64,000 nt of DNA, taken from a virus. Its lineage: Duplodnaviria; Heunggongvirae; Uroviricota; Caudoviricetes. The position numbers were made by a program, and so were the translations under genes. Positions 44,869 to 53,290 of this stretch are shown piece by piece (the first letter of the stretch is position 1; each line of letters starts with the position of its first letter). The DNA is taken from the IMG/VR virus record IMGVR_UViG_3300031994_000001, positions 183,799 to 247,798 of that record; one strand, 5' to 3'. Below the pieces are notes generated by a model. That model was given only the letters and a program-made list of their open reading frames with translations. It had not been told where the DNA came from and made no database searches.

Positions 44869-45857
44869 AGCGCAAGCCTTATATTTTTGGTGGTATATGT
44901 GTTTAGTTTCAGACAACGTGTGTGATTGAACTCACCAATGATAGAGCCTGCGCCTTCAAGTGATTCGAGGTTGATGCAGTCGCTGCAATTAAACGAACCC
45001 GTCACCATTTGCGGTGCGCCTTCAAGCGTGGTGATGTTGTCGCAATGCGTGCAGGAAAACGACTGAACTTCCTGCGGTGCGCCTTTAAGTGATTTCAGCC
45101 CACGACAATACCCGCTCATAAACGCCCCTTTCACTATTTGCGGTGCGCCTTCAAGCGTTGTCAACCCGTCACATAGGTTGCAGACAAAATTGCCGTCAAC
45201 AATATTTGGTGCGCCTTCCAATGTCTTTATACCCGCCATAACGCAGGAAAACGAACCCACATAATCGGGTGAACCTTCAAGAGATGTTAGACTTGGACAG
45301 CATTCGCAGTTGAAATTACCCTTTACTGTTCTCGGTGCGCCAGACAAAGTTGTGAGGTTATCGCAATGCGAGCAGGAAAACCTGCCGCCTACAATTCTCG
45401 GTGAGCCGAACAGCGTGTGCAAACTTATGTTATTGTTGCAAACAAAATCGCCTTTTACCTCTTTCGGTGCGCCTTCAAGGGAAGTGAGGTTCTTGTTAAA
45501 TGAACAGTGAAAATGCCCGCCGACCTTTTCGGGAGAGTGTTTCAGATTCTTTATGCTTGTGTGGGAACAGTCAAAACTGCCGCCGACATAAGTCGGTGCG
45601 CCTTCCAACGTGGTGAGTTTATGACATTCGTCACATAAGAAGTCGCCTATCACAACGCCGAAATCCAAGATGAACCTGCCGTTGTCGTTTACGAGGGCAT
45701 CGGTTATAGTTATGCCTTCGAGACAATCATAACGCTTCGTGTCATTATTGTAGGTAAGTTCGTATGCGTTGACTATCCTCTGTATTTTAAGCCATTCATC
45801 AGTGTTTCTCAACCGAGCGGCGTTCACGGGTTTTATCTTTAACTTTGTACCTTCCAT
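44865..45857 (-). CDS. Cys-rich leucine-rich-repeat-like solenoid protein (11 repeats of ~22 aa), paralog
   Basis: Same repeat; shared Y..(E/D)T..YD...I..LG.FII.FG pre-repeat segment. Confidence 0.85.
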   Translation of the reverse strand: MEGTKLKIKPVNAARLRNTDEWLKIQRIVNAYELTYNNDTKRYDCLEGITITDALVNDNGRFILDFGVVIGDFLCDECHKLTTLEGAPTYVGGSFDCSHTSIKNLKHSPEKVGGHFHCSFNKNLTSLEGAPKEVKGDFVCNNNISLHTLFGSPRIVGGRFSCSHCDNLTTLSGAPRTVKGNFNCECCPSLTSLEGSPDYVGSFSCVMAGIKTLEGAPNIVDGNFVCNLCDGLTTLEGAPQIVKGAFMSGYCRGLKSLKGAPQEVQSFSCTHCDNITTLEGAPQMVTGSFNCSDCINLESLEGAGSIIGEFNHTRCLKLNTYTTKNIRLAL

Positions 45858-45872
45858 AATTTCTTTTATGGC

Positions 45873-45885
45873 AATATAATAAAAA
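45873..45885 (-). promoter_or_regulatory. TTTTTATTATATT promoter-like motif, minus strand
   Basis: Plus-strand AATATAATAAAAA 16 nt upstream of the ATG at 45857. Confidence 0.7.
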
Positions 45886-45910
45886 AATCAACACAAACAC
45901 AAAAAATAAT

Positions 45911-45978
45911 TGTTGATAACTCTGTTGATAACTTTTTCCGAAAAAAGTGATTGGTATATAAAAAATTTTGTATTTTTG
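45911..45978 (+). promoter_or_regulatory. Host-type promoter with tandem TGTTGATAAC boxes, copy 3 (left flank of island)
   Basis: Boxes at 45911 and 45923; TATTTTTG at 45971-45978; 65/68 identical to 49584-49651. Confidence 0.85.
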
Positions 45979-46010
45979 TGTCGTAATAAAAACATTCAAG
46001 TATAGCAAAG

Positions 46011-47477
46011 ATGACAACTGAAGAATTTATCACAAGAGCGAAACAAGTACACGGAGACAAGTACGACTATTCCTTGGTGAAGTATGTTAATGCTAATACA
46101 AAGATTAAGATTATTTGCAAAATACACGGTATCTTTGAACAAAGACCGCTTAACCATTTATATAATAGCCACGGCTGTCCAAAATGTGGTGGTAATAAGC
46201 GATTAACAAAAGACGAGTTTGAAATAAAGGCAAATGAAGTTCACGGTAACAAATATAATTATGAATATGTTGAATATATCAATGGTCAAACTAAAGTAAA
46301 AATTGAGTGTCCTACTCACGGTATATTTGAGCAAACACCAGGCAGTCATTTAGGAGGATGCGGGTGTCCAAAATGTCAGAAAGTAGAAGCCGCTAATAAG
46401 CAGCGATTAACAAAAGACGAGTTTGAAATAAAGGCAAATGAAGTTCACGGTAACAAATATAATTATGAATATGTTGAATATATCAATAGTCGAACTAAAG
46501 TAAAAATTGAGTGTCCTACTCACGGTATATTTGAACAAAAACCAAGTAGTCATTTAATGGGTCACGGCTGTCCGAAATGCGGTAATATAGTAAAAATGAC
46601 AGCAGACGAATTTTTAAAAAAAGGAATACAAATTCATAGTTCTGCTAATTATATATATGATTATGTTGATTATGTTGACTATCATACAAAAGTAAAAATT
46701 GAATGTCCTACGCACGGTATATTTGAAATAAGACCAAATAATTTTTTACGAGGACAAGGGTGTCATAAATGCGCATTGGAAAGAAATGCAAATAGACGCA
46801 AACTAACAAAAGAAGAATTTGAAACAAGGGCAAACGTAGTTCACGATAATAAATATGATTATTCAGAAACACAGTTAAACGGTGTTGATAAAAATGCTCG
46901 TATTCGTTGTCCATATCACGGATATTTTTGGCAACGTCCTTATAGTCATCTTTGCGGATGCGGGTGTCCAAAATGTAGTGGAACTGGAATTAGAAATTCA
47001 CATAAATTTAACCTCCTTGAAGAATTTGAGAGTGAGTATGCGTTCCGCACGTTCCTCGAAAACAATGACATTAACATTCTTCTTTTGATTATCACCAATA
47101 TAGAACCGAAATATAAGCCTCTGAAAAAGGACATAATGTTCGCGTTGAGACACGCTGACGAAATAAACCCCATACAATATTTGCGTGAAAAATACAGTTC
47201 GGAATCCAATGACAGTTTTGCTCAAAATACAAATAATACAGACATCACTTCAAGCGATTCAAATGATGATATTGTAAACGACATACTCTCACAAAAAATA
47301 AAGCCAAACATAAACGACAATTTATCAATAGGTGACATTATCAAGAATGACAGTGAAGAAATCCAAGTGATAAACAGATTGGACTGTGAACACCTTATTA
47401 CGCCAGAAATTCGTGAGTATATTATGAATAAGTTTATCAATGATATGCACCGTAACAAAATTTCAAGTAGCAAATAG
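46011..47477 (+). CDS. Five-repeat Zn-finger (DUF723-like, homing-endonuclease-associated) DNA-binding protein lacking an obvious nuclease domain
   Basis: Five H..KY.Y......KV.I.C..HG.F...P..H....GC.KC units; acidic Asn/Ser-rich C-terminus. Confidence 0.8.
   Translation: MTTEEFITRAKQVHGDKYDYSLVKYVNANTKIKIICKIHGIFEQRPLNHLYNSHGCPKCGGNKRLTKDEFEIKANEVHGNKYNYEYVEYINGQTKVKIECPTHGIFEQTPGSHLGGCGCPKCQKVEAANKQRLTKDEFEIKANEVHGNKYNYEYVEYINSRTKVKIECPTHGIFEQKPSSHLMGHGCPKCGNIVKMTADEFLKKGIQIHSSANYIYDYVDYVDYHTKVKIECPTHGIFEIRPNNFLRGQGCHKCALERNANRRKLTKEEFETRANVVHDNKYDYSETQLNGVDKNARIRCPYHGYFWQRPYSHLCGCGCPKCSGTGIRNSHKFNLLEEFESEYAFRTFLENNDINILLLIITNIEPKYKPLKKDIMFALRHADEINPIQYLREKYSSESNDSFAQNTNNTDITSSDSNDDIVNDILSQKIKPNINDNLSIGDIIKNDSEEIQVINRLDCEHLITPEIREYIMNKFINDMHRNKISSSK
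46198..46540 (+). repeat. Intragenic tandem duplication, 204-nt period
   Basis: 46198-46283 is identical to 46402-46487, and near-identity continues ~50 bp further. Confidence 0.85.
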
Positions 47478-47500
47478 TTACAACATTTAAAAACACTATT

Positions 47501-49579
47501 ATGACATTTGAAGAAGAATTGAAGTTGAGATTTGAAGAAGAATTGGATTCCATCAATGAAATGGAAAAACAAGGTTCAGAGGTATTCAATCATAAATTGA
47601 ACTATCAACAAAAACTTACTGTAACAAGACTTAAAAAACTTGATTTTTTTCTTAATTACAGTGACACGGGTGCAGGCAAAACAAAGGCTGCTATTTCATC
47701 GGCATTTTATCTTGGCGCAAAACATATACTTGTGTTCTGTCCCAAACAAGTGATGTCAACTTGGGAACAGCAAATCACCGAAGCAAAATTCGTTGATTCC
47801 GAAAACGTAGCAATAGGATATACAATTAAAAACTATAAAGATGGTTGCACCTTTGAAGTATTCAATTACGATAAATTCAACACCGAAGTTCGTGCAAGCA
47901 AACGAATTGAAAGATTACTCAATTCAAAGACTTATGATTTGATTGTATTTGACGAAATACACAGATTGAAAAACAAAAATTCGGAAACATACAAACAAAT
48001 TTTCAAATTGGTTAATATATTACGTAGAACCAATCCAAATGTTAAATTTCTTGGTGCTACTGCAACACCAATTACAACAAGTAACGCTGATTTGCAAGGT
48101 ATATATGAAATTTTGTCGGGCAAGCAGGCTGATGAACTAACAATGGGCAATCTTGCGTCCAAACTGTTAAATGCAAACAAGGTTCTTGAAACAAGTGGTT
48201 TTGGTTATTTTCCGAAAAGTGTTATAACTGTTAGATACAATGATATAGACGGAAACCACTTGTTTGAATCAGAACAAAATCGTGATGAGATTTTTAATAC
48301 AGAACTTGCTAAAATTGACGGAACGTCCATAGAAGAAGATTGCATTAAAAATAAAAGCAACATAAGCAAAATTGAAGAACTGCACCTTGAATTAAAATTT
48401 GAAGCATACAAGCACCTTATTAAAAAAGGAACTGTTATCTATACCGAATACACATACGGCGACACAATCCTTTTTAATTTGAAATACCTTGTTGAAAATG
48501 AATGCAATCTTACAACTTGTATTTACAGCGGTGAATACAAAGAAACCGATAGCGGTAACTCAATAGAAGAGTTCATAAAAGGCAACAAGGATGTCCTTAT
48601 AGCAACAAAATCTATGTGTGAAGGCGTGGACGGATTACAAAAAGTGTCAAACAGAGTGATACTTCACACAGTTCCTTCAGTATGGTCTGTTATGCACCAA
48701 CTGATAGGCAGGTTTGACAGACAAGGTTCAAACTTCGTTGCCGAAGGCGTTGACGTATATGTTCCTATGGTTGTATTCACACTCAACGACAGCACAACTG
48801 TATCGTTTGACGGCAGGCGGTGGAACAAGGCTATGATGAGAAAAATAAATGACGACATCGTAAAGGGCGGTCATCTTGAAGAAATATCTATTGCGGAAAA
48901 AAGAGATATGATTGATGATGTTGTTTCAAAACTTAAAGACAAATATGAAATGACAGAATTGCCCCGAAAAAATGTTGAGTTTGATATTGACAATAATGAA
49001 ATTGAGCGAAAAGAGCGTGTTAAGTCAATTATCAACGACTTTAATCAAAGAGGAAAAATTACTGATTCTGAAAAATTACACAAAGAATTGGAAAAATATC
49101 CAAGTTTATGGTTTGAATATCATAACGCGAGAGATGAGCGTATGAAAGAATGGAATGAAATACCATACGAACATATTGCTTCAAAAATTAAAAACAAAAA
49201 CAGCGTTGTTGCTGATTTTGGTTGTGGTATGAACCGTATGAAAGATTGTATTCCCAACAATAAAGTATATGCGTTTGACCACGTTGCAATAGACGATTCT
49301 GTAATCGCTTGTAATATGGCTCATACACCGCTTGACGATGAAAGTGTTGATGTTGCAGTTTTTTCTCTTTCATTATGGGGAAACTATGAGGACTATTTTA
49401 AAGAAGCATACAGAATCCTCAATTTTGGCGGATTGGTACATATTGCAGAACCGTCAAAATCTTATAATGAAGATAAAATAAATGAACTTATCGAAATGCT
49501 CAAAAGAAACGGTTTTGTGAAAGTTGGCGACATTGAAAACAGAGGTAAATTTTTCTATTTAACCTTTATGAAAATGTAG
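47501..49579 (+). CDS. SF2 (DExH) helicase fused to an Rrp8/nucleomethylin-like SAM methyltransferase
   Basis: DTGAGKT, FDEIH, GATAT, QLIGRFDRQG; C-terminal VVADFGCG, AFDH, ACNMAHTPLDDESVDVAVFSLSLWG. Confidence 0.82.
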   Translation: MTFEEELKLRFEEELDSINEMEKQGSEVFNHKLNYQQKLTVTRLKKLDFFLNYSDTGAGKTKAAISSAFYLGAKHILVFCPKQVMSTWEQQITEAKFVDSENVAIGYTIKNYKDGCTFEVFNYDKFNTEVRASKRIERLLNSKTYDLIVFDEIHRLKNKNSETYKQIFKLVNILRRTNPNVKFLGATATPITTSNADLQGIYEILSGKQADELTMGNLASKLLNANKVLETSGFGYFPKSVITVRYNDIDGNHLFESEQNRDEIFNTELAKIDGTSIEEDCIKNKSNISKIEELHLELKFEAYKHLIKKGTVIYTEYTYGDTILFNLKYLVENECNLTTCIYSGEYKETDSGNSIEEFIKGNKDVLIATKSMCEGVDGLQKVSNRVILHTVPSVWSVMHQLIGRFDRQGSNFVAEGVDVYVPMVVFTLNDSTTVSFDGRRWNKAMMRKINDDIVKGGHLEEISIAEKRDMIDDVVSKLKDKYEMTELPRKNVEFDIDNNEIERKERVKSIINDFNQRGKITDSEKLHKELEKYPSLWFEYHNARDERMKEWNEIPYEHIASKIKNKNSVVADFGCGMNRMKDCIPNNKVYAFDHVAIDDSVIACNMAHTPLDDESVDVAVFSLSLWGNYEDYFKEAYRILNFGGLVHIAEPSKSYNEDKINELIEMLKRNGFVKVGDIENRGKFFYLTFMKM

Positions 49580-49583
49580 TTCG

Positions 49584-49651
49584 TGTTAATAACTATGTTG
49601 ATAACTTTTTCCGAAAAAAGTGATTGGTGTATAAAAAATTTTGTATTTTTG
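49584..49651 (+). promoter_or_regulatory. Host-type promoter with tandem boxes, copy 4 (right flank of island)
   Basis: TGTTAATAAC at 49584, TGTTGATAAC at 49596, TATTTTTG at 49644-49651. Confidence 0.85.
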
Positions 49652-49677
49652 CAGCGTAATCAAAAACGATAAACGAT

Positions 49678-49875
49678 ATGAAAGTAAAACTGTATAATAT
49701 GAATGTTGTGACGGACATCATTGACTGCAACGACATAGACCACGTTGACAACCCGTGCTATTTCGATGATGTTGTCAGAGTACACCTCCGAAACCACCAA
49801 ACGAAACTTTGTGACGATTTGGTGTTTCTGACAGAGGAAGAATCCAAGGAAGTCAAAAGTACATTGAATTTTTAA
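49678..49875 (+). CDS. Small hypothetical protein
   Basis: First ORF after promoter copy 4. Confidence 0.6.
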   Translation: MKVKLYNMNVVTDIIDCNDIDHVDNPCYFDDVVRVHLRNHQTKLCDDLVFLTEEESKEVKSTLNF

Positions 49876-49892
49876 CCTATAAATCGGCAATT

Positions 49893-50261
49893 ATGGCACA
49901 CAAGAGAATCAGAGCAAGATACAGAAACTGCGACAGAATCCCTTACAAAAAGGGCGGCAGAGACAACAAGGACTACTTCAACACGAGGGGCGGCAATATG
50001 TGCTACACGCGCAACACAATCCGCATACCCTCGCTGAACGCGAACAACAAGACGTGGAACAACTTTTACAAACTGTTCCCTCGTTTGAAAAGATACCTTA
50101 TGGGCGACAAGACCGCGTTGTACGGCAAATTCCGCGAGACCGAGTATGACGAAAAGAACAATGTTCTGATTGTCAGAGAAGAGTGCTATGTTGGCGACCC
50201 GTTCAACCCGAAGTTCGGACGTTTCTATGTCAAAACGCACAAGTTCAAGAAAACTTGGTAG
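49893..50261 (+). CDS. Hypothetical basic protein
   Basis: R/K-rich co-oriented ORF. Confidence 0.7.
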   Translation: MAHKRIRARYRNCDRIPYKKGGRDNKDYFNTRGGNMCYTRNTIRIPSLNANNKTWNNFYKLFPRLKRYLMGDKTALYGKFRETEYDEKNNVLIVREECYVGDPFNPKFGRFYVKTHKFKKTW

Positions 50262-50300
50262 GATTCAGAATTTTTTATTATATTAAATCAAACGGGTTAT

Positions 50301-50477
50301 ATGACAAAGGAAGAAAAACGCGAAATGTTCAGACCGAGAATGTGGCATCTTTACGAGAACGGTGTTTGGATTGACACTTTATTTTCCCACAAGGAGGCTA
50401 AACGGGTGAAACACAGACTGACGGTCGAAGCATATAGGGATTTTCTTGATTTGACATATACTATTAAAAAAGCATAA
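50301..50477 (+). CDS. Small hypothetical protein (58 aa), missed by the ORF track
   Basis: MTKEEKREMFRPRMWHLYENG...; follows the promoter motif at 50272-50284 and abuts the next gene. Confidence 0.6.
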   Translation: MTKEEKREMFRPRMWHLYENGVWIDTLFSHKEAKRVKHRLTVEAYRDFLDLTYTIKKA

Positions 50478-50478
50478 A

Positions 50479-50979
50479 ATGAAAGAAACAAGAGACATAA
50501 AAATCTATCTCGCTTCCTCAATGGAATCGCAGTTCAGAGACAAAATCAAACAAGTTGCCGACATTCTGCGCAATACATTCAGAGATGTTTACGTTCCTAT
50601 GGAACACGTTGTCACTAACGCTTGGGACTACCCGAACAACGAGTGGGGTCTTATGGTGTTCGAGGACGATTTGAGCGCAATCAACAACTGCGACTATGTT
50701 GTGTTCCTAAACTACGGCAGGAAGAAAACCACTGCGGGCTGCGCTTGGGAAGCGGGCTACGCATTCGCCCTCGGCAAGAAAGTGTTTGTGGTTGATATGT
50801 GCGAGGACATCAACCGCGAAATCGAAAAGCGTATAAGCGAGGGCAAGCCCTACGAGATATTCGTCACTTCCCTTATGATTGAGAACGGCAGGTACGCCAC
50901 AATCAACGGTATCGAAGGTCTTATTGCTTACGATTGGGAAAAACTCCCGAAAACAAGAACAATGTTTGAACAAAAGTAA
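50479..50979 (+). CDS. Nucleoside 2-deoxyribosyltransferase-fold protein
   Basis: KIYLAS, VFEDDLSAINNCD, TAGCAWEAGYAFALGK. Confidence 0.85.
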   Translation: MKETRDIKIYLASSMESQFRDKIKQVADILRNTFRDVYVPMEHVVTNAWDYPNNEWGLMVFEDDLSAINNCDYVVFLNYGRKKTTAGCAWEAGYAFALGKKVFVVDMCEDINREIEKRISEGKPYEIFVTSLMIENGRYATINGIEGLIAYDWEKLPKTRTMFEQK

Positions 50980-50987
50980 CAACAATT

Positions 50988-52655
50988 ATGGAAAAGGAAG
51001 ATAAATCAGTAATTTGCCAAGTCATTATCCAAGCGGTAGGCGATGCCGCAGACGAACTCGGATATGACGCTTATATGGTCGGCGGCTATGTCCGCGATAT
51101 GATTATGAACCGCGAGTCCGATGACATTGACTTCGTTTGTGTCGGCGGAAAGACACCCGATGTCCGTGCTGGTATTGCGGTAGCCAACAGAGCGGCGCAC
51201 AAACTCGGCGTTGACAAAGTTGAGGAGTTCAAGAACTTCGGTACTGCCCACTTCGTCTATGACGGGGTTGAGGCTGAATTTGTCGGCGCACGCAAGGAGA
51301 GTTACAGCCGTGGAAGCCGCAAACCCGTTGTCGAAAACGGCACGCTCGAAGACGACCTCAACAGACGAGACCTCACAATCAACGCAATAGCGTACTGCGT
51401 GAACCGCAACAAGCGAGGCTACATCGACAAGTTCAATGGGGAAAAGGACATCAAGAACGGGATTATCCGCACCCCTCTTGACCCGAACATCACATTCTCG
51501 GACGACCCGTTGCGTATGCTCCGTGCAATTCGTTTCGCCGTGAGGTTCAACTTCAGCATTGAGGAACGCACGCTGAATGGCATCACCAACAACGCCCACC
51601 GCATTTCGATTATCTCTGCGGAGAGAATCAGCACGGAACTGAACAAAATACTTATGTCGAAAGACCCGTCACGCGGAATCCAACTGTTGCAGTACACGGG
51701 GTTGCTCAAACTTATCCTGCCGAGTGTTGCCGCATTGGATGAGGTCAAAACCGAGAAAGGCGTAAAGCACAAAAACAACTTCATTCACACGCTCGGTGTC
51801 CTGCAATATGTCAGCAACCACGGTGCAAGCCTCAATGTCCGTTGGGCTGCTCTGCTGCACGATATTGGGAAGACCAAGACCCGCAGGTTCGAGAACGGCA
51901 CTTGGACATTCAGATACCACGAGGTTGAGGGTGCGAAGATGGTTGCCAAAGTGTTCAACAAACTCAAACTGCCGCTTGACGATATGAAGCACGTCCAAAA
52001 ACTCGTTGAGTTGCATATGCGCCCGCAGGCAATCGTTGAGGAAGTCACCGATTCCGCAATCCGCAGACTTATGTTTGACGCGGGTGACGACCTCGAAGAC
52101 CTTATGCTGCTCTGTATGGGTGATGTCACCTCGAAAAATGACGAAAAGGTCAAGCGTATCCGTGCGGGTTTCGAGCATTTGAAAGAAAAGTTCGTTGACC
52201 TTGAGGAACGCGACCATATCAGAAACTTCCAACCGCCCGTGAATGGTGACGAGATTATGGCTATGCTCAATCTGAAGCCTGGGCGTGAGGTCGGTATGGT
52301 CAAAGAGAATATCAAGAACGCAATCCTTGACGGCGAACTCGAAAACGACCACGACAAGGTTGCCGCCTACATTATGCAGAAGTACGCGGGTCGTGACGGC
52401 ATCCGTGAGGATTCGCAGAAGAAAACTTCCATTGCCGACAATCAAGAGCAAAAACCCGTTGATAGCGTTGAGCAAATGGCGGAAAAATACGCGAAACTGC
52501 TGACCCACATTGACAGCCGTATGGAAGAATTGTGGGAACTGCTGCCCGATGGGGACAAAGCGCAGAAAGGAGAAATAACCCTTGAAGATGCCAACGCCCT
52601 CGGCAGATATATGGAGTTGGAACAGTTGGAAAATTTCATTGAATCACTTAAATAA
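50988..52655 (+). CDS. cca: CCA-adding tRNA nucleotidyltransferase (class II) with HD domain
   Basis: VGGYVRD, DDIDF, DLNRRDLTINA, SDDPLRMLRAIRF, HT..V...ALLHDIGK; short extra C-terminal tail. Confidence 0.92.
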   Translation: MEKEDKSVICQVIIQAVGDAADELGYDAYMVGGYVRDMIMNRESDDIDFVCVGGKTPDVRAGIAVANRAAHKLGVDKVEEFKNFGTAHFVYDGVEAEFVGARKESYSRGSRKPVVENGTLEDDLNRRDLTINAIAYCVNRNKRGYIDKFNGEKDIKNGIIRTPLDPNITFSDDPLRMLRAIRFAVRFNFSIEERTLNGITNNAHRISIISAERISTELNKILMSKDPSRGIQLLQYTGLLKLILPSVAALDEVKTEKGVKHKNNFIHTLGVLQYVSNHGASLNVRWAALLHDIGKTKTRRFENGTWTFRYHEVEGAKMVAKVFNKLKLPLDDMKHVQKLVELHMRPQAIVEEVTDSAIRRLMFDAGDDLEDLMLLCMGDVTSKNDEKVKRIRAGFEHLKEKFVDLEERDHIRNFQPPVNGDEIMAMLNLKPGREVGMVKENIKNAILDGELENDHDKVAAYIMQKYAGRDGIREDSQKKTSIADNQEQKPVDSVEQMAEKYAKLLTHIDSRMEELWELLPDGDKAQKGEITLEDANALGRYMELEQLENFIESLK

Positions 52656-52664
52656 TTTAGTAAT

Positions 52665-53276
52665 ATGAAACCTTACGTTTATTTGGCAGGACAAATTACA
52701 AAAAATTGGTGGCGAAACGCACTCACCAACACAGAGTACACCCCAAAAACAAGAATACCCTTTGTTGATGTAATGAATTATCACAAAGATGATTATTTTT
52801 ATTCAACTTATGAATGCGAAGATTTTATTGTAACTGGACCACACGCTGTTGGATGTGACCACGAATGCTTTCACGATTTTCCGCACGCGGCAAGTGGGTA
52901 TTGCCTTGGAAGTGGGGACACGTTTGTCACAACAAAAGAAGTATGTGATGCTTGTTGCGACCAAATAAAAAGGGCTGAAGTATTGTTTGCTTACATTGAA
53001 GAAGAAGAAGCATTCGGCACTTTTGCTGAAATTGGTGTCGCAAAAGGATTAGGCAAGTACATACATATTCTTTTCAAAACGAAAAAACTCGCCAAAAAAC
53101 TTTGGTTTTTATCCGAGATGGCTGACGCTTTTAGCATACAAGATGGTGAAGATACACCCGAAATAAGAAAGGCGTTTCAGAAATGTATGGTTGATTTTGA
53201 GCATAAGAAAATAAGTGATACTATTAAAGCAAACACAAAGGCTGCGGCAGAAAAAGCAAAAATGACAAAAAAATAA
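52665..53276 (+). CDS. Second nucleoside 2-deoxyribosyltransferase-fold protein
   Basis: YVYLAG, DQIKRAEVLFA, FGTFAEIGVAKGLGK; AT-rich. Confidence 0.7.
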   Translation: MKPYVYLAGQITKNWWRNALTNTEYTPKTRIPFVDVMNYHKDDYFYSTYECEDFIVTGPHAVGCDHECFHDFPHAASGYCLGSGDTFVTTKEVCDACCDQIKRAEVLFAYIEEEEAFGTFAEIGVAKGLGKYIHILFKTKKLAKKLWFLSEMADAFSIQDGEDTPEIRKAFQKCMVDFEHKKISDTIKANTKAAAEKAKMTKK

Positions 53277-53290
53277 TCAAATAAATCACT

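Noticed and set aside
43768-45857. CRISPR array or diversity-generating retroelement in the repeated GGTGCGCCTTC blocks
   Set aside because: The repeats are in-frame protein repeats; no cas or reverse transcriptase gene, and no adenine-specific TR/VR pair, was seen.
46011-49579. Single fused gene via readthrough of the TAG at 47475-47477
   Set aside because: The two ORFs are in different frames, separated by 23 nt.
45911-49651. Integrase-type att sites flanking the island
   Set aside because: No recombinase in the window, and the repeat is the same promoter element found at two other sites.
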